Source: Octopus sinensis
Taxonomy: Eukaryota
Length of the DNA: 64,000 bases
Assembly: GCF_006345805.1 (NCBI RefSeq)
Contig: NC_042998.1
Span: 117,180,001-117,244,000, forward strand
Direction of reading: 5' to 3'
Shown: positions 27,521 to 40,990 of the stretch, piece by piece
Numbering within the stretch: position 1 is the stretch's first letter
How the letters are laid out: the number at the start of each line of letters is the position of its first letter
The notes under the pieces: generated by a model
What the model saw: only the letters and a program-made list of their open reading frames with translations
What the model was told of the DNA's origin: nothing
Databases searched by the model: none
Made by a program: the position numbers and the translations under genes

Positions 27521-28157
27521 TATATATATATGTGTGTGTGTGTGTGTGTATGTTACAATAAAACATTCAGTGAGGGAGCATACAGTTCTCTCGAAATAAG
27601 GTATGCTATATTTTCCGTAAATGAAACCGATCATACCTTCCAAATCTGCTATAAAATAATATTTAGTGTAAATCGTAGCATTGCATATTTATGGCAAAAA
27701 GAGTGCTGCTATCTTCTGTTTTACACATCGCCGACCGTAATTTAACCTATATTGCTGTAGCCACTGCTTCTTTCCAAAGCATATGCATGCACAAAATAAA
27801 GCCTATATATATCTTTATACGTATTTAATCAGTCTCATTTTTCATATGCACAATAGCTTTTCGCTATCACAATATGAGCTTGCATAAAGGGAGGATAAAG
27901 CATAAAGAGATACATGAATTATGCGTGTATATATATTATTTTGTGTGGGTATATAGAAAGACGGTATCAGTCTGTGTAGTCCATTTTTCCTACAGGTGTG
28001 AATCAATACATATTGACCCGAGTCAAGTTTGGAAGCTTAAACCTGGACGGTGAAATAAATCCATTAACGGTAGCATAGTATATACTCAGTCAAATTGAAA
28101 CATTACAATCGACAGATTCAGTTTATCAGTCTATATGACTATTTATCTCCTTCTCTC

Positions 28158-28208
<51 letters not shown>

Positions 28209-28504
28209 AGAAAGTAAATTTCCAATGCAGCAGAAGCGCAGATAAAAGTTGTCAGCGACATGGAGCAGAACTCGAACTCGTACCCCTAAGGTACCTGAGA
28301 GTGCTCTAGCATTAAGCTCCATGGAGCCGGACACCAGTTGCCTTGAATTTTAATACTAAATAATAGCCTTTTTTACGCGACATTAAATAAACAAACTTTC
28401 GAAGTTTTAAAAGTTTAGTCACATCTACACTAAAGAAGTTGTGAAAGGACTTCATAATTAAATATTTTCGTGCGTGCTTAGCTTTTCAATATCCACCGAG
28501 AAAT

Positions 28505-28700
28505 CTCTGCTTTGGCAGTCACTTGGAGGACCATGCTTACGAGAAATGCACAAGAAGCTGGCATCAGGCCTGCTCAGGTGACTTTCTCATGTGATCTATG
28601 CAGCCATGTCTGTCTGTCCCAATTCAGACTCGTGAGTTATCAGAATCAACACAACAGACGTTTACTTACTTTATACGTCTTGGCTCGAACGCGAAGTCAT
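28505..28700 (+). mobile_element. RTE-like LINE 3' end remnant
   Basis: AVTWRT...FSCDLCSHVCLSQFRLVSYQNQH resembles the RTE C-terminal CxxCxRxCxSxxGLxSH motif, followed by a (GAT)n-like tail. Confidence 0.45.
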
Positions 28701-28734
28701 GATGATGACCATGATGTCATGTTGATGATGAGGA

Positions 28735-28975
28735 TGTCGAAGAGCAATGTTTCTCGGAAGTTCTACATTTCATGGAACAAGAAAGACTGAAGAAGAAGCA
28801 AAATCAACGCAACGCAAGGCCCGATAAATCCAGCCAAGAAAACCACCCGGCATGCCATGTGAACAATGCTTGAGATTGTGCTTTTCTCACCTTAATGGTC
28901 GGGGCCATGTGCAAGTGAGCATTATGGAGGCACCGGATGACCCATCTCGGAAAGCAGTGGTACCGATGGTGACGA
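28735..28975 (+). mobile_element. Second RTE-like LINE 3' end remnant
   Basis: FMEQERLKKKQ followed by frameshifted CEQCLRLCFSHLNGRGH and a GATGAT tail. Confidence 0.35.
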
Positions 28976-29720
28976 TGATATAATATATATATATATATAC
29001 ATATAAATCACCGCTAGATAGTAGGGGTTCGCTCCCCTGCTTGCCATATATCGGACAACTTTTGTGTCGTTAACTTGCTAACCTGCACGAGATGTACTCC
29101 TGCGGTTACAAAACCATTGTACTAACGTTGTGCCGTACGGAACAACCATGCTGAACTGGTAAACACATTACTTTTCAGTATTATTACTACGTACATCTCT
29201 TACAGAGATTTTAGAATTATATACATTCCTTACCTACACACACACACACACACACACAAGCACACACACTCACACACACACACACACATACATACAAACA
29301 TACACACATATGTGTGTGTGTGTATAAGTGTGTGCTGATCGGTGGAGATACGGGGGTAAAACGTATTCTTACATTTTGCTTTTTAATAGAAAGGTAAATC
29401 TTTTTTTCTGCTGCTGATTTCATTGACGTATCCTCTGTTCCAGCTTATTTCTAAAGCTATTCTATACACGAAACAGTAACGCAATAAACTTGTACTCTCA
29501 CTAAACTTTCACATTTGACACATATAAAATAAACCGAATCTTTCCAAATATGCCTTTAGAAATGAAACACAAAATAAAATACGACATACACATATGAATT
29601 CGTAGATTCCAACAGCATAAGAAAGTATATTAATCAAAATATTTATGTTAAATTTATAATTTTCTTTGCATAAAACAATCAACATGTGAAGATAGACATG
29701 CGTATCTGCATGGACATTTG

Positions 29721-30025
29721 GAAGCACTCCGTCGGTTACGACGACGAGGGTTCCGGTTGATCCGAATCAACGGAACAGCCTGCTCGTGAAATTAACGTGT
29801 AAGTGGCTGAGCACTCCACAGACACGTGTACCCTTAACGTAGTTCTCAGGGATATTCAGCGTGACACAGAGAGTGACAAGGCCGGCCCTTTGAAATACAG
29901 GTAAAACAGAAACAGGAAGTAAGAGTGAGAGAAAGTTGTGGTGAAAGAGTACAGCAGGGATCACCACCATCCCCTGCCGGAGCCGCGTGGAACTTTAGGT
30001 GTTTTCGCTCAATAAACACTCACAA
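29721..30025 (-). mobile_element. SINE family A body with tail type 2 (head truncated)
   Basis: Shares GTGGTGAAAGAGTACAGCAGGGATCACC...CAATAAACAC with 340-425 and 8355-8440, but has a different 3' tail ending ...GTCGTAACCGACGGAGTGCTTC. Confidence 0.75.
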
Positions 30026-30068
30026 ATTAGTCAATTTACACACTCAAACGCACATACATCTATACATA

Positions 30069-30147
<79 letters not shown>

Positions 30148-30239
30148 CGTATATGTATATGTATATATATATTTGTAAATGTGTATATATTCTTTTAATA
30201 AATTCAACAGGTCTCAGTAATTATATATTTGAGACCTTA

Positions 30240-31691
30240 AATATACATGTATTAAATATAAATTAACGTGGGAGAGAATTTGTAAGGCAGAATCTTATTG
30301 TATAGGGAGTAATTCTAATACACTGTGTAATAATGAATTCAAAGAAATATTATTTAATAATAATTATGTATTGGTAAATTCATTACAGGAGTGTAAAATT
30401 AAACCCAAACATTAATTAAATTACCTATATGATAAGTGTAGTTAATAAATAAATGATTATATAAATTTATTAAGATATATTAATTATAGTAATATAAATT
30501 AATTTAAATATAATTTTTTACTTAATTATTATTTAGACTTTAAATTTATAGTAAATAATCATTTAAAATTAAATTCAAAATTAAACATATCACCTATATG
30601 ATACCTATTACCTATATGATACGTTTAGCTAATTTTTTCGTATATATATAAAACATTATATCATTTTATGTTACTTATTTCTTGTAGGTATAATTTAGTA
30701 GTATTAGTGTATAAATTACTGTTATTATATGTTCTATTAAGGTTTCAATAATTTTAAACTTGGATACTTCTTAATAAATAAATGATTATATATAATTTTA
30801 TTATGATCTATTAATTATAGTAATATAAATTCATTTATTACTATATGTATATTTTACATAATTATTATTTGGAATTTAATTTATAGTATATGGTTATTTA
30901 TATTTTTTTCTTTTTCTATTATTCTTTGATTCTAGAAGCTTAATAAATACATTTCGTCATTTTCATTAATAAAATTATTCTATCATTTTACGCAACGTCT
31001 TCACGAGGTCAATTTCTTATAAACGCTAAGACAATCATTTTTACGTTTAAAATTCAGTTATATAATATTCACCGATAAGATAAGTAACGTTTTTTATTGA
31101 ATTGTATTATGTTTGATTATTATTATTATTGTTGTTAAAATATTGATTTATATATAATTTCTTGAAAATTATTAGTTACGATACGTATATCTATTTAATT
31201 TATTATGTTTATTATTATTTTTATAATGTGATTTAACGTATTACATATAATTTACTTTGAAAAATAGTTTTGTAAGAGAATAGATTATTTAAGTGTTAGG
31301 AGGTCTATGTGTTACGTAGTATAATATTTACGTTAATATTAATTGATATTTTGGTTAACTCCATAAGTGAGTGAAATAATAAATCTATATATACTATATA
31401 TAAATTAATAATATAGTAAGTTTATATATTTGTGTATATCTTTGAACCATTTTTTAAATTCTAAATTTTATAGCTTATACTAGCATTATGTATATAACTT
31501 AACATGAAAGTTTTTAGTATATATTAATTAGTATAAGATTTAATTAATTTAGATGTTTATAAAATAAATAAATTGAAAGAATAATTAATAATTTATAATT
31601 TAATGTAATGCATATAGATTGAATTATAGTATTTTAGTTTTCACTTAATGTATATTTTTTATTAATATATATATACATATATATATATACA

Positions 31692-31731
<40 letters not shown>

Positions 31732-32150
31732 TATTATATATATAAATATAATTACATTTATGTATTTTTTTTGTTTTAAATCTTTTAATTAATTCTATTT
31801 TATTTTCTAGTAAAGATATATTATAGTTTGTTATTCTTTTCTTATATAAGTTAAAATTCTATTTTTATAGATATAGATATAATAAATATATATACCTCTT
31901 TATTCTGTTTTTATTTACAACAGAATATATTTGTTGAGATATTTCGTATTTTACTAGATTATATACGTATATTTATTTATTTTACTGATTTTATCTTTGA
32001 CTTAAAGAGTAGCAATATTTATATTTAATTGATTTTACTCTTATCATTACTTAAATATATTCACGAAACACGTGTAGTCATTTGACCAAATATATAGGTT
32101 TTATTTATTATTTTGCACATTACCGAATCATTGGTATAGGTTTTATTTCA
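30240..32150. other. Extremely AT-rich non-microsatellite island
   Basis: For example, line 30481-30540 has 4 G+C in 60 nt. No ORF of 60 aa or more lies inside. A diverged ~115 bp direct repeat occurs at ~30440 and ~30770. Confidence 0.85.
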
Positions 32151-32164
32151 TATTTAATATTTTC

Positions 32165-32247
<83 letters not shown>

Positions 32248-32889
32248 ATATATGTGTATATATGTATATATATAGATAGATAGATAGATAGGTACAGATA
32301 CAGATATAAATGGATATATTTATATATATATGTATGTACTATGTATGTGTGTGTTATCATGCGTTTATATATGTATATATGTATGTACGTATATATGTAT
32401 ATATGTATATATAAATAAATATATATATATACATATATATCTATAAATATATGCATATATATATATACACGCACACGTTCACACATAGATATGTATTCAT
32501 ATGCGTACATATGTGCATATATATGCGTGTATAAGTACATATATGCTTATAAATATATTATGCTATATAAGTCGATAAAAGGGGAAGATGAATTATTAAA
32601 TTACAACAGCGGGTGCTGTTGCTTGAGGTAAAATAAGAATAAATAGTTTATGTCACAGAATATATTCCCTAAAAATGTTGGATTAACACTCGAATCCCAT
32701 ATAATCAAATTCCATATATCATACATATTTCGAAGCGTACCATCATTGAATAACTTAATTAAATATACTCGACATACTCATGTGCCCATACGTCTTACAA
32801 ATGCGATGGTAAGTATGCCAATAATGTATATTTATAGTTAAGTTTCAAATACCTACATTTCGAAAATCGATCCAAATAGACATATATTT

Positions 32890-33008
32890 TGTATGTATAT
32901 ATGTATGTATGCATGTATGTATGTATGTATGTGTGTATGTATGTATGTATGTGTGTATGTATGTATGTATGTATGTATGTATGTATGTATGTATGTATGT
33001 ATGTATGT
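32890..33008. repeat. (ATGT)n microsatellite
   Basis: Seen directly; a similar array lies at 39675-39770. Confidence 0.95.
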
Positions 33009-33779
33009 TTGCATATATGTCTTGTATCTAATCATTTAAATTCTTCCTTTGAAGAAGAAACTGGATTTTATCTAAAATACAAGTTCCATCTTTTGAATAC
33101 AAATAAAGAAATCAGTGTCTGATTTTAAACTTTACGAAACTTTTGCCTACATTAACTGCTCCGCTTATAGATTGTATACTTAATGTGCGAATCAGTTGCT
33201 TGATTTTTTATGAAAATCCAATTGCTTCCAGATTGACACTTAGGCATTTACTGACAATTCCAAGTGCTCCAATTATTACCGGGATTAATGTAAGTGTGTA
33301 TTAAGAAAAGAAAATTTCATAACAAATGACCAAACAAAATCACTCAAGACAGTTTTTGATTCGAAAGATAATGTCCTCGAATATATATAGGGAATTCAAG
33401 AGAAATATATGTGGATAGCGGAAAATATGTGAATTGAGCTATATGGAATGACAGGTGCTATATAGTCATACTTCAAACCAAATTTGTCAAGTGCAGACTC
33501 AAATATTTGTGGAATGAATATTCAAAGATGTAAATATATATATATATATGAGAGGAAAAAATAATAAGGCAGAAAGCTAAATTGAAAGTAAATTTTAATA
33601 ATAATGTGTGTATGAAAAATTAGAAAGAAATCAAAACGGCTTTCAGAACAACGCGAATTTTCAAGATATGGAAGGGGAATTTTTTTTAAACCAAGGAAGG
33701 GGAAAAATGAAATTTACAAGTTTTTTTCAACACATTATAAATATATACAAAAATTAATAAATGAGTATACCAATACATT

Positions 33780-34790
33780 GTAGTGTTTTTATGCTTTTAG
33801 AGTTCAATATTAGTCCATGAGAAAGGTTCTTTGGAGGATTAGGATGCATGTGTTTAAATGCATTGTTTTATTTGAAAATGTAGGATGTTTATGTATCAAA
33901 ACAAGAGATGGGGTAGGAGTTATCCAGTACTTGTGAATAAGGGGTGACAATTCTGGGGATTGTATACTCTTTAATTGGAATGCTGGATTTTTTGTCAAAC
34001 AGGATGCTTATAACTATTTTTTGTTAGACAGGATGCTAGAAAAAGGAATACGGTCACCGTAGAATTTGCATAGTAAGAAGCGTTTGGAATTTTTTAATAA
34101 AAAGATTCTCCTTGTTGATTCTTTCTGGTGTAAAGATTCTGTCTTTACCTTGATAGAAAGGAAAATATATGAAATTTGGGATTTCTATTTCTACCGCAAG
34201 AGTCTACTGAGTGGAATTTGACTTTATAGTGGGAGATTTATCTGTTCTTCATGGACTGCTACTCTTCTGCGTAAAGGAAGGCTCGTTTGTCCGATATAAT
34301 TATGTTGATAACTGGCGCATGTAAAAACGTAAATGAGGTTCTCGGAGGAACAAGAGAAGTTGGTCTTGATTTTAAACTTTGTTCCCTGTTTAAAAGTAAA
34401 TTCAGAGCCTTCAGGTAGGAAGGGGCAGTTACCACAGTTAGGGCGTGCACATTTTTTAACTGGTGGGGGTGGATGTGGTGTGTGAAGTTTAGCATTTTTA
34501 AAGAGTTTTTTCAATGATTTATGTTGCCTTTTGCATTTACGGATTTTATGTGTATTGATAATATTATCCATGTTTAGGTCTGTGGACAGCAAGGGGAGGT
34601 TTTGTATGGTTGTGGTATATGCTTCAATGTGTTTGGAGCTGTGGTTGGAAATGTATGCAAGTACTTTGAGGTTGGATGTGTTACTATGTTGAGTAGTTTT
34701 CAGTGTATTATAGTCGAGTTCCTTGGCACGTTTTATTCCATAGTCTATGAGTGTGGAGGGATATTGGCGTAAAAGATATAGTTTACACTA
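33780..34790 (-). mobile_element. 5'-truncated Penelope-like element (post-RT region + GIY-YIG endonuclease)
   Basis: RQYPSTLIDYGIKRAKEL, KCKRQHKSLKKL, KKCARPNCGNC and FSCSSENLIYVFTC..NYIGQTS.PLRRRVAVHEEQI (GIY-YIG motif). Confidence 0.85.
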
Positions 34791-34799
34791 TAATACATT

Positions 34800-35530
34800 T
34801 TTCTCTCTATCCCCACTCCTACATTCAAATTATCTCCACTGACCATTGACCGATCTATATCATAATTTCTCTTTTTTTTTCCTTTTTTTTCTTCTTTCTT
34901 TATTCGCTTTATTCATATCTTCAGGGTTTTTATCCTTTATTTGTTTATTTTCTTATCATTTTGTTATTTTTACTAATCTTCTCTCTCCTTTCGCTTTCAC
35001 TCTTTCTTTCTGTCCTCTTTTTCTCCTTTTCTTTCTTTATCTCATTCCTCTCTTCCTGTTTTCAATTTAACCAATTTAACTAATACACTCCCTATTTCTA
35101 GGTCATTTTAAATACAAACCTTGACTCTGAATCACTATATATAAACTCGCTACTAAGAATGACCAAGTTTTTAAAAATCTGCTGGATCTCACTCATAAGG
35201 AAATCTTACATTGCTTATAAACTCTATATTTGGAAGGACTCATATTAAATACTGTTGTACTTTTGGATTTTACTCAAAGGACAATGGAATATTGCATATA
35301 TACCATTATGCCTATAAAACGGATTTACAAATTCAATACCCATACATATCTTACATCTAGTTTCTTTCCTCCACCTCACTTTCTCAAAACTAACTATGAC
35401 TTAATGTATCGTCTCACACCGTCTCCGATGAAGAAATATTATTAATTAATATCCTAGAAACAGCTGTAAGACCTTCTATCTATAAATGCTGTAATATCTA
35501 TACAGCCTTGGTTTTTTATCTTATTACGCA
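34800..35530 (+). mobile_element. Penelope-like terminal repeat (pLTR) in inverted orientation
   Basis: Pyrimidine-rich 3'-UTR-like tract ending in a hammerhead motif and (TA)n; it abuts the 5'-truncated end of the minus-strand ORF. Confidence 0.55.
35421..35472 (+). ncRNA. Minimal type-I hammerhead ribozyme motif (palindromic stem III loop)
   Basis: GTCT-CCGATGA-[A..ATATT ATTAATT AATAT..]-GAAA-C-AGCT-G-TA-AGAC, with stem I GTCT/AGAC. Confidence 0.65.
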
Positions 35531-35589
35531 AACAATTTATATATATATATATATATATATTGATAAATAGATAGGTAGATACATACATA

Positions 35590-37610
35590 AATGGAGTTAA
35601 ACGCAGGTGTTATTCTTTATATTTAGACATATATTTCGAAGAAAACTTTGGTATTATTCCGGAAGGAATAAAATTATGTAAAACATTGCGTTCTTCAAAT
35701 CAAGGAAAAAAGAGAAACAAAACACATCAATAAGCCGTTTTAACCGAATGCGATTACTCTGTATATGATAAATGGAACGCTGGCAAGTTATTATTCTTTT
35801 TAAACCGTTAATAGATTTAAAGTCAAACGCAATTTAGAGAAATAGGAGGAGAAATTAGCAGAAAACTAAGAACGTAGAAGTGTAGTGCGATAGATGAAAG
35901 GCAATAAACTTAAAGGCGTAGAAATATATATATTCAGTGGAAATGAAATGTAAGAAGACAGTTACAGATCGAATTTTATAGATTGGTAAAAATTACTTAT
36001 AGGAACTAAAGGTTTGTTTTTGCTAATGTTTTGCAACGATAAATACGTTCGTTAAACGGGTTTATAAAAGAATTCTCTGAGAACAGGATGAGATAGAGTT
36101 CTTCGTTACAAAGCGGACAAGAAGATCTCCCATTATCAAATGGAAAGCACCTAGATAAAATATTCCATCCTACATCAAAATGTTTATGTTCTTTCAGAGA
36201 CCAAATTAATTTCCTAAGCCCAGTATTGTTGCATTTATTGATATATATAAATGTACGGTAATGGTTAGATATTCTTTTGTACAACTGAGAGAAAGAACTA
36301 CATATGTAAAAAGAAAACGTCTGAACAGGAAGTAATTTTGCATTGATAAACAGAGTTTCTAGTCTTAGAGTTACTGCTAACGAAACGAATGCGATTGTAA
36401 TGTATATCAGAGATACTAAGATTGTTGTTATCATTGTTCAAAGAATGGTTGGTGTTAATAATATTAATATTATTATTCTCATTAAGTGGATTAGTATTTA
36501 ACAACTTATTGTTATGCGAAAAGATGATTTATGAAAGGTTTTTGGCATTTGAAAACCCTATTCTGATTCGGTGTGAATTGATAATATAATGGTGTCGTGA
36601 ATCTTTGAGGTAATTCTGTAATTCTTATCTATAGCTTCACGAAACTTTTAGAGGGGTGATTGATTTGATCTGCTTATCATATGGAATTATCAACAAAACA
36701 GTTTTACTAGGACATACCCTTTTATTAGGATAATTATCTTAAAAGTCCTAGATGAACATTCATAAGGAAAAAAGGGTCTTTAAGATTGGTTATCCCCCTT
36801 ACGCTGCAAAATTTAATTTTTCGATTTAGTGTTGTTATTCGAACTAAAATTTATATTGTTTTTTATCGTTATGGCGTGATTTCATATCCTGATTAATAGA
36901 GGTAGAAATAATGTCAATAGGGTTGGTATTTTTCCTTATAACCTGTTTTAAGTAAAGTAGCGTTATAAAATTTGGCTTTATCTTTGAAGCTATCAACATT
37001 GGTAGATAATCTAGAAAGTATATTTGAATTATTTCTAACTAAATTCCTTGTAATAGCCATTGAATGAATACTGAAAGAGCTAATATATTTTTAATTAGTT
37101 GAGGGTTAATGGTATGGGAAATATGAATCCTTATATAAGTTAAGGGTGATATCTAAAAGGTTGGTTTTAGTTATATCATCGTCTAAAACAATGCTTAAGC
37201 CCGCGTTTCGGAAAACTTTAACCAACCTATTTTTAACCCTTTTTGAAAGTAGAGTAAACACACGTCACGATATACACTTCTATTGATGTTTGGGAATTGG
37301 TCAGCTATCTCATAAATGATATATATACCGACCAAATCAACGTTTCGTGCTGAATCAGAACTTCCCATCATGACATCAATAGCGTGAGCAGTATCTTTAC
37401 GAACCCATAGCTTGTTTCCAAATTTAATGATTGATTTTCTGGTGGCTAACAGAATATTGATTTCATCCCTGGTGAGACTTGCTTTGCTGTGTGCGAACCA
37501 GAGTGCGTTGTTGTGTACAATTGGGTTAACAGAGGAATAGTAACAAGTGGTCAACTGGTTTAATTCTATTAATAACTAGAAGTGCCCTAAGTCTATTCAG
37601 TTCGACATGT
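35590..37610 (-). mobile_element. Decayed Penelope-like element (RT + GIY-YIG), second family
   Basis: DVMMGSSDSA..DLVGIYII..SVYRDVCL (RT) and KRISNH..TF..NTGLRKLIWSLKE..WNIL..CPLCNEELYLI (endonuclease C-terminus). Confidence 0.8.
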
Positions 37611-39670
37611 TTATCTATGAAGAACATATATCTATATATATATAAGAATACAAACTCATTACTGGTAATAGACCATTACATTTACATTTTCCCGTAGACC
37701 TTTCTTTTGGCTCATCGTACAATTCTCAATCAAGAATACTCTGATAAAAGCTACCTGTCTGAAAATTGCTCGCATTTCAATATTTCTCGGCTACTAACTC
37801 TTCGATATATTTCGGCAACAATCGCATCATGACGATCAAAGTTGAGTGAAAAGTGAGAGCACAAAGCATTACTGTTTAGAGTGATATAATAGGCATTCCT
37901 ACATGCCTACTACTCTACTACCGACCGAAAATATCTTTTTCCAATAGTTAGTGAGACTACATTATCTAATGCATTACAAAATAAAGATGACTTGCTAAAT
38001 CTGTTTTATATACGTGCTTGAATAGTTAACAACTCATGTGCTTCTTGTTTCTTTTCACTGGGTTGACATTTTGCTCTGAAAATAAATAGAACAACAGTTA
38101 TAATGAAAACACAAACTAGGTGGCTTTGGTGAGGTGTTCAGTTATTGAAAAGGCATTACAGGGCCTCAATTCAATTGAGAAAAGAACATCACTTTGAAAC
38201 TCAGAAGAAGGCTGACCACGTATTAATATCAAATTCAGAGGAGAAATGGACTCATTGCAGTAAATTTATGTGAACACAATTTTCCAAATGCCATTTTGTC
38301 ATTAATATCATAGACAATTGTCTCGTCAAATGTTATAAGCTGAAGCGCGAATGGTGCAACCAAAAACAGTTATACAAGTAACTTTTATCTGATCTTTTTA
38401 ATTATTCATTTCTTAAATAAGGTAATTGTTACATGAGAGATATGAGTACGTTAATTAATATGTATGCTTGTAAAGACGCAAAAGTAAGCAGTAAACTTAT
38501 AAGCATTTATTTTTGCAAGGTAAGTGTGCTTCGTGTATAAATACAAACGCGCATGCGCGTGTGCACACATACTCACGTTTAACATATATTTTAAACATAT
38601 ATTTATTGTGCACGCATATTAAATATATGTTAAAATTAAAAAAAAAAAACTATTACATGATTACAGATGTTACTTTTCTTTTTCTAATTCCTGTCATCTT
38701 GACTCCTGCCAGGCCGAAGGGAATGTAGTAATCACAGTTTTAATGTCACGTGCTCAATATGACTTGATCATATTTCTACTTATTAATGATCCCGTCGTTA
38801 TAAGGATGTAAAGAATGAATTGATCGAATCACAAATCACGGAGTGAGGTAAAATTTGCGAGAGAGTATAGTCATAATTATTATCAAGCTATTAAAAATTT
38901 GGTACAAGATGCAGTAATTAAAACGTAAGAGAAACTGTTATTCTCAACCTCAGAACAAATATCGATGACGAATAAAATAAAGAGTGAGAGAAAAAGAAGA
39001 CAGCAATGCTAGTTTCGTTTAAAGTAGCACGCCTAATATTTACCAACATATTACTTAAATCCCAGGGTGTATCTAATTAGATATTGATATAGATATCACA
39101 TTGAAAAAATATCTTTTACACTATGTTAGGTTAATTATATCGGCTACCCAATTCTTTTAAAAAGTAGTTTCCCCAGGATAAAGAGAATTGTATATAAATG
39201 ATATCATTTTTAGAAACATTATTCGAAAAGAAGTTACAACCATGAAAAATAGAAGAAAATGTAAATGAAATGACAGAGTATATAATACAAACACACACAT
39301 ACCAGGATGAGAATTCTAACAGGCAATACACTTACAGCTGTACGAGATAGCACAAAATAATAATTGTCATACCGAAGAACAAGATGTCAAAAGGAACAAT
39401 GAAGCGGTTTCATGGCAGTCACATATTTCTACAACAAATATACACACTGTATACATCATGTAACGTATTTCATATTAGAAAGGGAAGAGAATGCATTCCA
39501 TAAAGTCTTCCATATTTTAAACAGTTTTCAAATAAGTATGATAATGTCTGGGCGCATTTTAATTGCAGGTTTGCTCGACTGTGTTGACAAAATATTAAGT
39601 AACATTACATGTTACACCAGCCATCCAAAATCCTTGCGATATTCCGATATCATACTCTACAACGTATATA

Positions 39671-39706
<36 letters not shown>

Positions 39707-40178
39707 TGTATGTATGTATGTATGTATGTATGTATGTATGTATGTATGTATGTATGTATGTATGTATGCATGTACGTCCGTGTGTATGTATTAGATATAT
39801 TGTATGTATGAATGTAAATTCATGTACCAGATAACGGACAGTTTCCGAATGAGTCGAAACGATCGTCATACTGAATAAAGACTAGTACAAAATCTTTCTA
39901 CCGTTTGCTTCATGAATTATTACTGTATATACATATACATACACACACATACATATGTATATACATACATACATACATACATATATATATATTATATATA
40001 TATATATATATACATATATAATATTGTTATATTTAGTCATTTTAGATGGTCAATTTGTGGGGTCCGGGGGCAAATAAGTACACACATTATACATTCATTC
40101 TTCACTTGTTTATTACTGTTATTTCTTTACCCTATATCCAATTTTTTGAAATTATAAATATATATATATATATATATA

Positions 40179-40398
40179 CTCTTTTACTCTTTTACTTGTT
40201 TCAGTCATTTGACTGCGTCCATGCTGGAGCACCGTCTTTAGTCAAGAACGTCGACCTTAGGACTTATTCTTTGGAAGCCTAGTACTTGTTATATCGGTGT
40301 CTTTTGCTGAACTGGAAGGATACGGGGAAGTAAACACACCACCATCGGTTGTCAAGGGAGTTTGGTGGACAAACAAAGACACACAAACATACACACAA

Positions 40399-40439
<41 letters not shown>

Positions 40440-40455
40440 ACACACACACATATAT

Positions 40456-40499
<44 letters not shown>

Positions 40500-40669
40500 C
40501 ATATATACGACGGGCCTCTTTCAGTTTCCGTCTACCAAATCCACTCACAAGACTTTGGTCGGCCGGAATCTATGGTAGAAGCCACTTGCCCAAGGTGTTA
40601 TGCCGTGGGAATGATGAATCCGGAACCATATAGATGTTAAGCAATCTACATACCACACAGCCACTCCTG
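40179..40669 (-). mobile_element. tRNA-derived SINE, family B (internal (CA)n/(TA)n)
   Basis: Near full-length reverse copy of 26821-27262; the head starts CAGGAGTGGCTGTGTGGTATG. Confidence 0.85.
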
Positions 40670-40677
40670 GTTTGTGG

Positions 40678-40768
<91 letters not shown>

Positions 40769-40852
40769 TCATTTAGATAACTCAGATATATTTCGACCAA
40801 ATATTGGACCTATCTATGTCTAACTTCATATGATGAGTTTTTTTTTCAAATT

Positions 40853-40990
40853 GGTGCACTACATCCTTTGACAATTATAGTTTCTAGTGTTTATGTGCGT
40901 GTGCAAGATATGAAACGATCATTTGATTTCTTTTATTTTGTTTTCGATCTGTTTTACAGATCTGTAAAGGATTGTGACGCTAACTTTTAA
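40853..40990 (-). repeat. Diverged direct copy of the LINE 5'/ORF1-start segment (44407-44545)
   Basis: TTGGTGCACTACAT.CTTT.ACAA.TATAG.TTCTAGTGTTTATGTGCGT.TGCAAGATATGAAACGATC...TTTTACAGATCTGTAAA.GGA.TGTGACG is present at both positions. Confidence 0.85.

Noticed and set aside
28255-28330. tRNA-like A/B boxes on the minus strand
   Set aside because: No cloverleaf can be formed; at most a decayed SINE head.
35620-35700. Hammerhead-like GAAA(T)ATATGTC on the minus strand at the end of the 35590-37610 element
   Set aside because: No recognisable CTGANGA core at a suitable distance; too degenerate to call.
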